Part shown: positions 56,969 to 64,000 of the stretch, piece after piece
How the letters are laid out: each line of letters starts with the position of its first letter
Position numbering within the stretch: the stretch's first letter is position 1
From: Nocardioidaceae bacterium
GTDB lineage: Bacteria; Actinomycetota; Actinomycetes; Propionibacteriales; Nocardioidaceae
Length of the DNA: 64,000 nucleotides
Assembly (NCBI GenBank): GCA_030447585.1
Contig: JAUJOO010000002.1
Span: 199,895 to 263,894 of the forward strand
Direction: 5' to 3'
The notes under the pieces: model-generated
What the model saw: only the letters and a program-made list of their open reading frames with translations
Databases searched by the model: none
Told to the model about the DNA's origin: nothing
Program-made: the position numbers and the translations under genes

Positions 56969-57495
56969 CCACGTTGGAAGGACCTCATTGCCGCGTTCCG
57001 CGCGGCCATCCGAAACAGTTGGTCGCGGACAATGCGGTGACCAATGAGGGGCGTCGTGTGACCGATGAGGGATGCGCTTGCGGTGATGGCTGAGTCTGAC
57101 GTCGTCGGCGGCCCGAGCTTCAGCTGCTCGCCGCATGTGGTTCGCCTTGCGGAACGGCTTGAGGGAACCTGGATGCCGGCGCCCGCGCCTCTGGGTGGAA
57201 CATCGCCGGCGTGGCGACCGGCGCCGGGGAGTTCGGTCCGGGCCGTCCCATGGTCCGCCCTTCGGACGAATTATCAACGCGATGCCGGTAGCGCCGGCCA
57301 TTACCCAGCTCACTTCGAGTAGGTCCGCCCACGCGTACATCCTGCGTCGCCCCGGCGACTCGACCCACAAGCCCTCGTCAGAGAGAGCTTGGTCATCAAC
57401 ACCGCGAAGTCACAGCCGGTTGTGCAGGTGAAGCTCAATTCTCCATACTCCGCGGAGGCTCCCACGGCTCAGCCGTGACGCTCACCACCGTCGAT

Positions 57496-57518
57496 ACACT
57501 AATGGCATCATTTAGTGT
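57496..57518 (+). promoter_or_regulatory. 7-9-7 inverted repeat upstream of the recombinase-like gene
   Basis: acactaa-tggcatcat-ttagtgt, 12 nt before the ATG at 57530. Confidence 0.4.
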
Positions 57519-57529
57519 AAGGTTCCGCC

Positions 57530-58204
57530 ATGGCGGTCACGCGGGTCATCGGATACCTCCGGGTCGCGCCGCGCGAGGATAGCTCCGCGCGACCTGGGAT
57601 GGACGACCAGCGCCGGACGATCGAGGCGGATTGCCGGCGGCGCGACTGGGAGATCGTGTGGTTCGAGCAGGACGTGCGCTCCGGCCGGACGATGCGGCGA
57701 CCCGGCCTGCACGCCGCGCTTGACGCCTGCCGAGCGGGGCGGGCGGACGGCATCGTCGTCGCCCGGCTCGACCGGCTGACGTATTCGGTCGAGGACCTCG
57801 CGTACCTGATGCACCGTGCGGTCCGGGACTGCTTCATGATCGTGGCGCCGGACGTCGAACTGGATCTCGGCACCGAAGCGGGCGCCCACCTCGCGCAGGT
57901 GCTATCGCAGGCCTCCCGATGGAATCCACGAAGCGTCGGCCGCCGGACCCGGCTCGCGCTCGAGCACCAACGGGAGCACGCCGGTCGCGGCCGCCCGTCG
58001 TCCACCCCGCCGGACGTCGCCGAACGCATCCGCGCCCTGCGTGACGGCGGCTGGACCCTGCAGGCCATCTGCGACCAGCTCAACGCAGAGGGCGTTCCGA
58101 CGCCTCGCGGCGGCACCCACTGGAGACCTACGTCGCTGCGGGCGATCGTCCCGCCGCAGACCAAGTCGGCTCCTCGTACTTCGAAGCGGACGGTGACGCA
58201 ATGA
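57530..58204 (+). CDS. serine-recombinase (resolvase/invertase) family protein lacking the nucleophile serine
   Basis: VIGYLRVAPRED aligns to the Y-x-R-V-S motif with Ala in place of Ser. ..DVRSGRTMRRPGLHAAL..GIVVARLDRLTYSVEDL has Tyr where the second Arg of DRLxR sits. The C-terminus is ..GWTLQAICDQLNAEGVPTPRGGTHWRPTSLRAIV (recombinase-domain start). Confidence 0.75.
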   Translation: MAVTRVIGYLRVAPREDSSARPGMDDQRRTIEADCRRRDWEIVWFEQDVRSGRTMRRPGLHAALDACRAGRADGIVVARLDRLTYSVEDLAYLMHRAVRDCFMIVAPDVELDLGTEAGAHLAQVLSQASRWNPRSVGRRTRLALEHQREHAGRGRPSSTPPDVAERIRALRDGGWTLQAICDQLNAEGVPTPRGGTHWRPTSLRAIVPPQTKSAPRTSKRTVTQ

Positions 58205-60264
58205 CTCAGAACTTGGAAGAGCGCGTCCGGTTTCTCGAGCACCAGGTGGCCTTCCTCACCTACCAGGTCCAAACCCGCGGTCAACCCGCTCCGCAACCGC
58301 CCCCCTTCGTCACGCGTCCTCCGGTGCAGCCCGATCCTCCGGTGCAGCCCGACTGGTCCGGGGAGCAGCAACCCGTGGCGCCGACCGTGGAGCCACCGCC
58401 CCTCCGTCCGGCATTCCAGGCGAGGGAAATGCAGAGCGGACGGCTGCTCGCCATCGTCGGCAGCATCGCGGTCATCCTCGGGATCGCCTTCCTCGTCGCG
58501 CTGGCTATCGAGCAGGGCTGGATCGGCGAGACGGCGCGCGTCGTCATCGCGGCGGTCGGAGCCAGCGCCCTGGTGGCTGGCGGCGCGTGGCTCTACGAGC
58601 GTAAGGGCAAGACGCAGGCAGCGCTGGCCATGGTTGCCACCGGGATCGCGGGCCTCTACCTCTCACTGACCGCCGCAACAGTCCTCTACGGCCTCGTTCC
58701 CAGGCCCGTCGGGCTTCTGCTCGCCCTCTTCATCGGTGTGGCGGGGACCGCAATCGCGGTTCGAGTCAACAGGCGAACCGTGGCGGCCATCGGCATCGGC
58801 GGAACCCTGCTTGCGCCGCTGCTCGGCAACTCAATCACCGTCACCGGGATGGGATTCCTCGCACTGGCCAGCGGCGCGGCCGCCGCCGTCCTGGTTTGGC
58901 GCCGGTGGCCCTGGCTCATGGTTGCCGCCTCCGCGGTGAGCCTGGCGCAGGTCGCGCTCTGGGCGATGAGCGGACGACCCGACCTCCGGCTGATTGCCGT
59001 GCTAACCGTTTTCGCCGGTCTCAATCTCGCCATCGCGCTCGGGTACGACTGGCGTACGCGGGGATCGGCCCACCCGGCAGCGTTGCTGCTCGTGCCCTTC
59101 GGGACGTTGCTGCTGGGCGCCCTGGGCTACTTCGGACTGCCGCACGGCGACGGCCAGGTGGCCGGGGGAGTGTGGCTGGTGGCGCTCGCTGTCGGGCATG
59201 CGGTGTTGGCCGGCACCGCCCTCATCCGGCGGTGGGGGAGCGCGGAGGTCGCGCTGCTGATCTTCGGCACCGCGCTTCTCGTCGGCGATGTCGCCTTCGG
59301 GATGCTCGCCGGCGGCTGGGTGCTCGCGGTGGGCTGGGCGGCGTCGGCCACCGGCTTCGCGGTCGTCGCGCAGCGATACAGGACGCGGCGCGAGCTCCTG
59401 GAGCTGACCGTCGGGGGACAGCTGGCCCTCGCGATCGGGCACGTATTGCTGTTCCAAGCACCGCCGGGGCTGCTGTTCGGGGATGGCGTGTCGGGACCGG
59501 GTTCTGTTTCCGCGTTGGTGGCGGTCGTCGTCGGAGCGTTCGCGAGTGCACGGCTCGTCGCTCCGGAGCGACCGGTGGTCCGCGAGGCGCTCGACGCGCT
59601 CAGCATGCTGGCACTCGCGTACGCCACCGCCGTGTCGCTGGACGGCATCGCACTGCTCATCGCCTGGGGCGGCGCGACGCTGACGCTCGCCCGGGCAGCC
59701 GCACTGGTCGCCGACCGCGCAGCGAGGTGGGGGTCGCTGGGATTCCTGGCCTTCCTCGCGGCGCACGTGATGGTGTTCGAGGCGCCGCTATCCGCGCTGG
59801 TCTACGGGGTCGACGACCTGTTGGCGGCTGCCTTCGGACTCGCCCTCTTCGTGGTGGTCGCGGTCATGCTGTGGCGGGACCTGCCGTTCGGCTCGAAGGT
59901 GCGTGCCGTTCTGGCGGCGGCCGTCGCTGTGGCACTCGTCCACCTCGGGTCCGTGGCGATGGTCACGGCGGTCGACATCCGCCAGCAGGGACAGGCGCTG
60001 CTCTCGGCCTACTGGGGCGTGTGCGGTTTCGCCGCCCTCTGGATCGGGCTACGGACGCATACGCCGCTGATCCGCGTCGGTGGGCTGGGTCTGCTCGCTC
60101 TGGCGACCGGGAAGGTCTTCGTGTTCGACTTGGCGGCGCTCAACTCGATCTACCGGATCGGCTCCTTCATCGTGTTGGGACTCCTGCTGCTCACCGCTGC
60201 GTTCGTCAGCCAGCGCGCCGCTGGCCGGGAATCCGAGCGTCCGCCCTCCGGCAGCCCTTCGTGA
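58201..60264 (+). CDS. DUF2339-family polytopic membrane protein
   Basis: ATGA overlap with the recombinase-like gene. N-terminal coiled segment LEERVRFLEHQVAFLTYQV, a Pro-rich linker, then about 20 hydrophobic segments over 687 aa. Confidence 0.7.
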   Translation: MTQNLEERVRFLEHQVAFLTYQVQTRGQPAPQPPPFVTRPPVQPDPPVQPDWSGEQQPVAPTVEPPPLRPAFQAREMQSGRLLAIVGSIAVILGIAFLVALAIEQGWIGETARVVIAAVGASALVAGGAWLYERKGKTQAALAMVATGIAGLYLSLTAATVLYGLVPRPVGLLLALFIGVAGTAIAVRVNRRTVAAIGIGGTLLAPLLGNSITVTGMGFLALASGAAAAVLVWRRWPWLMVAASAVSLAQVALWAMSGRPDLRLIAVLTVFAGLNLAIALGYDWRTRGSAHPAALLLVPFGTLLLGALGYFGLPHGDGQVAGGVWLVALAVGHAVLAGTALIRRWGSAEVALLIFGTALLVGDVAFGMLAGGWVLAVGWAASATGFAVVAQRYRTRRELLELTVGGQLALAIGHVLLFQAPPGLLFGDGVSGPGSVSALVAVVVGAFASARLVAPERPVVREALDALSMLALAYATAVSLDGIALLIAWGGATLTLARAAALVADRAARWGSLGFLAFLAAHVMVFEAPLSALVYGVDDLLAAAFGLALFVVVAVMLWRDLPFGSKVRAVLAAAVAVALVHLGSVAMVTAVDIRQQGQALLSAYWGVCGFAALWIGLRTHTPLIRVGGLGLLALATGKVFVFDLAALNSIYRIGSFIVLGLLLLTAAFVSQRAAGRESERPPSGSPS

Positions 60265-60281
60265 CTCCTTAGCGGCCCAAT

Positions 60282-60455
60282 ATGCCGATGAATCTCGGTG
60301 GCATGCTTGTCGGGCTACTCGTGTTCTTCGCGTTGCTGTTCGGCTTCCCGTCAGGCACCGGTCCCGGCGAACTCATTCTATGGCTCGCCGTAGCGATAGT
60401 TGGTGGTGTGTTGGTCGCGGTGCTCCTCAAGCCCGCGGAGGACCGTTCGAGGTAA
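60282..60455 (+). CDS. small hypothetical membrane protein (57 aa)
   Basis: MPMNLGGMLVGLLVFFALLFGFPSGTGPGELILWLAVAIVGGVLVAVLLKPAEDRSR has two hydrophobic helices. It is below the ORF-track length cutoff and was read directly from the sequence. Confidence 0.35.
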   Translation: MPMNLGGMLVGLLVFFALLFGFPSGTGPGELILWLAVAIVGGVLVAVLLKPAEDRSR

Positions 60456-60477
60456 CCGATCGGTGGGCTGCTCGGTG

Positions 60478-60660
60478 AGGCGATTGCTCTGTATGGGCGG
60501 GCCTCACCCATCGCACACGGGTGCTGGGCGAAGACCACCCGCAGACGTTGACCTCGCGCAACAACCTCGCCGGCTTCTATGAGCCGGCGAGGCGGATCGA
60601 CGGTGCGATTCCGCTGGACGAGCAGCCGCACCGAGTCTACGCCGGGTTCCGGACCAGACC
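60478..60660 (+). pseudogene. tetratricopeptide (TPR_10/12-type) repeat fragment
   Basis: EAIALY.. / RVLGEDHPQTLTSRNNLAGFYEPA.RIDGAIPLDEQ.. is about 1.5 TPR units with a frame change. There is no associated NTPase domain. Confidence 0.45.
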
Positions 60661-60833
60661 AGTTGAGTCGCCTTGCAAGCCGCCCGGGCGGTCCGGAGAG
60701 GCCGTCTGTGCCGCGGCCGGGACACCGGACCTGCTTCCCCATTGACGGAGGGAGGTGTCCCATAGCGGGATCGCTGTTCGGTCTGTATGGGCCGACGCAG
60801 ACATGCTGCAGACGTCTGGCATCGTGGTGCGCC

Positions 60834-61336
60834 ATGAAGACGGAGACTTCGCCCGAGCGCGACTTGTTGCTCGACCACCTGTCGGGTCAACGTCGCCATA
60901 TTCTCGACCAACTCGTGGACTTGAGCGAGGACCAGCTGCGCCGGCCGGTCCTGCCGTCCGGGTGGACGTGTCTTGGTTTGGTGCGGCACCTCACCGTGTC
61001 GGACGAACGATATTGGTTTGAGGTCGTCATGGCCGGTCAGCCGCTGGACTTCTGGCCCGAAGGAAGAATGCCGACTGGAACGTTGGTGACCAGGAGCCGG
61101 CTGAAGGGGTGATGGAGGAGTACCGCGCCGCGGCTGATCGCGCCGACGCGATCATCGCCGACATGGGGCTCGATGACCCGCCGCGCCAGCCGGAGAAATG
61201 GTGGGCGGAAGCGGGATTGTCTTTCCCGAACCTCCGCGCGGTGCTGGTACACGTCATCGTCGAAACCGCTACCCACGCCGGTCACCTCGATGCCGCACGC
61301 GAGTTACTCGATGGAAAGCAGTACTTGGCGTTGTGA
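60834..61336 (+). pseudogene. DinB/DUF664 family gene, copy 2, one frame change
   Basis: MKTETSPERDLLLDHLSGQRRHILDQLVDLSEDQLRRPVLPSGWTCLGLVRHLTVSDERYWFEVV.., then (frame switch near 61100) ..EYRAAADRADAIIADMGLDD..LRAVLVHVIVETATHAGHLDAARELLDG. Confidence 0.6.
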
Positions 61337-61439
61337 GGTCGGCTGCCCACGCTAGGACGGGCGAATCGTGACCCGGGAGGTATTCCAGCTGCTCGGCGCG
61401 ACGACGCGAAGCAGGAGCAGACACACATGACCCAGGACG

Positions 61440-61848
61440 CGTGGCCGGGCCACATTACGCACTGACTTGTTCGCCGAGGATCTAGCACGGTCAAGAGTTC
61501 TACCAGCAAGTGTTCGATCTCCCGGACTGCTTTGCAGACGACGACTCCGTCGTCTACCGATTCGGTGAACTGCTTTTCAATCTGCTGAATACGACCGTGG
61601 TGGCGGAGTCATCGGCCCCGAGTGCGCTGCTACCCGATGCCGGACCCCGTTGCCAGCTCACTCTCGAAGTGGACGACGGGGACGGCATGTGTGAGGAGTC
61701 GATTGCGCGTGGGTGGACTTGCGCAACGGCCCATGGAACCGGGCTTGGGGAGTTCGGACCGCCAGGGTTCCGCCATCGGGCGGCCATTCTGGGAGGCCCG
61801 GGCCGTGAGGAGCAGGGAGACACGCGACGCCCTTTTTGCATCCCGTAA
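61440..61848 (+). pseudogene. glyoxalase/VOC-family gene, frameshifted
   Basis: ..FAEDLAR / QEFYQQVFDLPDCFADDDSVVYRFGELLFNLLN..PRCQLTLEVDDGDGMCEESIARG.., then loss of frame before the expected C-terminal beta-strands. Confidence 0.45.
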
Positions 61849-61983
61849 GGCGGGAACGGCTCACGGTCTCCCCTGCCCGCGCTGACGACGGTAGCGGGGG
61901 AAGCGTGATTCCACCACCGCAAGCGGATCTCTCATCGACGACGTGTGACCAGACGCGCTACAGCCGGCCCCTATCATCAACGA

Positions 61984-62503
61984 ATGACCTTCACTCCGCC
62001 GCTGGAGCGCGCCACGCCGGATCGTCTGGCAGGCGAGCGAGACGCGCTTGCTCAACAACTCGACTACCAACGCGCCACCCTGCTCCGGAAGATCGACGGG
62101 CTCGACGACGAGGCCCTCCGGCAGCCGAGGACCGGCTCCGGCCTGAGTTTGCTCGGCCTGGTGAAGCACTTGACCGAGACGGAGCGTGGCTGGTTCCTTG
62201 AGATCTTCGCCGGAGTGTCAGACCAGGACTCACCGGCCCACCGACACAGATCAAGATTCAGACTCTGACTTCCGGGTGAGTCCAGAGGAGACCGTCGAGG
62301 TTCTTGTGGGTCGGTACGTGACGGTATGCAACCGGGCGCGTCAGGTCGTTGCCGGCGCGGAGCTTGATCGCGTGGTCAGCACCCCTTGGCGTGCCGAGGT
62401 CAACCTCCGAGCCATATTGCTGCACATGATTCAGGAGACCGCGCGGCATAACGGTCACGCAGACATCATCCGAGAGGGCATAGACGGCGCAATCGGGCAG
62501 TAG
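61984..62503 (+). pseudogene. DinB/DUF664 family gene, copy 3, one frame change
   Basis: MTFTPPLERATPDRLAGERDALAQQLDYQRATLLRKIDGLDDEALRQPRTGSGLSLLGLVKHLTETERGWFLEIFAG.., then (other frame) ..VNLRAILLHMIQETARHNGHADIIREGIDGAIGQ. Confidence 0.6.
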
Positions 62504-62716
62504 CCCGGGTGCGGTGCCATGCGGGGCATCTTCTAGGCAAGGCACCTGACACCAGGACGCGTACGCCCCTCCGGGCCTAGGCAGGATGCGGGAGCGAAAG
62601 GCATGCATCGTAGACGGATCCGCCTACGGCCATCGCAACTACCATGCTCGGCTCTTGGACTTCGCCTGGATGACCGCGATGGCGAAGTTCAGTCGCTCGT
62701 GACAGGCTTTGGGGAC

Positions 62717-63101
62717 ATGGCTGGGATCACTGGACTGACCGGATGGGTCGGCATTGTGCTCAACGCGCCTGACGCGCGAGCTCTGGCGTACTTCTACCGG
62801 GACTTGTTCGGCTGGCCGCTTGCCGACGACGAGCCGGACTGGTGCACGATCCGTGTCCCTGGTGCGCCCGCCAACCTGGCGTTTCAAACCGAGGATCTAC
62901 GAACGGCCCACCTGGCCGGCGACCTCAGGCAAGCAGCAGATGATGCTCCATCTGGACATCGGTGTCAGAGACCTTGCCGCCGCGGTCGAGGACGCGGTCG
63001 AGCTCGGCGCTGGCCTACCCAGTCATCAACCTCAAGACGACGTGCGCGTCCTACTCGACCCTGCCGGTCACCCGTTCTGCCTCTACATCGACCGCGATTA
63101 G
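62717..63101 (+). pseudogene. glyoxalase/VOC-family gene, one frame change
   Basis: MAGITGLTGWVGIVLNAPDARALAYFYRDLFGWPLADDEPDWCTIRVPGAPANLAFQTED.., then (switch near 62895) ..ERPTWPATSGKQQMMLHLDIGVRDLAAAVEDAVELGAGLPSHQPQDDVRVLLDPAGHPFCLYIDRD. Confidence 0.6.
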
Positions 63102-63388
63102 GAAGCATCCATTGCCGCAGGCCGATCCGTTTCGGAACGGGATCGCCGCCAACTGGCCTTATGCGACGTCCGCCGCCGCTTACGTTCCGCATATGGTCAT
63201 CTTCAGGTTCCGGGCCGCAAGGCCATGGTCCCAGGCTCAGTCGCCGCGGGTCTCGTCTCGGCCCGGCCTCTCCTCGGGGCGAGGGGACTCACGGATGTCC
63301 GGAACCACGGGATCCGGAAGCGGCTCCAGTCGCGGCCGCTCCGGCGGGTCTGGACGCTCCGGAGGCGCGGTGTCCTCACTCATGTGGA

Positions 63389-63784
63389 TCATGAAAGCAC
63401 GAGCCGGGCCACCAGTGCGAGAGTCTCGATCGACAGCCCCAGCACGCCAACCGCGATCGCCGTCTGCATGCGCTCGAGCTTCCGATAGTTGTAAGCGTGG
63501 TGCTGGTCGTGACGGATAGCCAGGCTGTAGTGAAGGTGATGGATGCCCTTATAGCTCGGCAGGTCGAGAGTCGACTCTATGCGTCGTGCGCTCAGCTCGA
63601 ACTTGAACACCCGGGGCCTCAAGATGTACAGCGCGCTCCCAGCGACAATGACGAACCCCAGGAGAGCAACGATGCCGGCGACACCGACACCCCGCGCGCG
63701 GGTGTCACCGAGGCCGAACGCGGCCGCCACTACGGCGCCGAAGCCGACTAGGCCGATCCGCGCGCTCCCGAACCGTCTGCACAC
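63389..63784 (-). CDS. hypothetical 2-4 TM membrane protein; a helical leader (63705..63896) may belong to the same gene
   Basis: ..RIGLVGFGAVVAAAFGLG..GVAGIVALLGFVIVAGSALYIL..HYSLAIRHDQHHAYNYRKLERMQTAIAVGVLGLSIETLALVA. Upstream, in another frame: DPEYRLMLEEARRSIDRQSERVQTVRERA. Confidence 0.45.
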   Translation of the reverse strand: MCRRFGSARIGLVGFGAVVAAAFGLGDTRARGVGVAGIVALLGFVIVAGSALYILRPRVFKFELSARRIESTLDLPSYKGIHHLHYSLAIRHDQHHAYNYRKLERMQTAIAVGVLGLSIETLALVARLVLS

Positions 63785-64000
63785 GCTCGCTCTGTCGATC
63801 GATCGATCGCCTGGCCTCTTCCAGCATCAACCGATACTCCGGATCCCAATCGCGCGCCGCCATGCGGACGGAGCATACTTCCAGCACGCGGAACATCAGG
63901 TGACCAGAAGGTACTGTCCCGCAGCTGCGTCGCTCATCGCCACAAGGGATCTCCTTGCGGCGACCATCTTGGACAGTGGGCGGGTGAAGATTGGGAACCG

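Noticed and set aside
55454-60272. Plus-strand ORFs 55454..56650 (398 aa) and 58896..60272 (458 aa)
   Set aside because: 55454..56650 is antisense to the isochorismatase-family gene. Only its last ~45 codons, the cNMP-like piece, look real and are reported separately. 58896..60272 is an alternative frame of the DUF2339 gene with Arg/Gly/Ala-rich composition.
1-64000. tRNA, rRNA, tmRNA, riboswitch or other structured RNA genes
   Set aside because: Scanning intergenic regions by eye found no T-loop (GGTTCGAATCC-like) or anticodon-arm pattern, no rRNA-like conserved blocks and no recognisable riboswitch cores. A covariance-model search (Infernal/Rfam, tRNAscan-SE) would be needed to be certain.

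Overview
High-GC (by eye roughly 70%) actinobacterial-type chromosomal DNA. No rRNA, tRNA or CRISPR array was recognised. Intact, translationally coupled operons alternate with stretches of broken genes. Intact modules: (i) nucleoside hydrolase and ribokinase; (ii) an ECF sigma factor with a membrane-anchored partner, followed by a ~1.6 kb tandem duplication of a secreted-protein gene; (iii) a GAF-PAS histidine kinase with a LuxR-type response regulator; (iv) two LVIVD beta-propeller paralogues bracketing a SodC-like protein, an ECF sigma/anti-sigma pair and an ABC exporter; (v) a TetR-controlled HisD-paralogue, phosphotriesterase-family and NitT/TauT-type ABC importer operon; (vi) a Tat-exported PhoX/DUF839 phosphatase; (vii) an MFS transporter; (viii) a serine-recombinase-like protein coupled to a DUF2339 membrane protein. 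Accessory or decaying stretches lie at about 14.0-16.2 kb, 36.1-37.5 kb, 39.5-47.6 kb and 49.3-57.5 kb, and in the DinB/VOC genes at 60.8-63.1 kb. They hold many frameshifted or truncated genes, a 5'-truncated IS110 transposase, a frameshifted IS5-family transposase and a solo 55-nt copy of the IS5-like end. The most interesting candidate is a Phd/YefM antitoxin with a palindromic operator. It is followed not by a classical toxin but by a TIR-domain protein (40.2-41.4 kb) inside an IS-scarred island, so it may be a TIR-based toxin-antitoxin or abortive-infection pair. All family calls come from motifs read by eye in the supplied translations. No database search was run. Frameshift positions are approximate.
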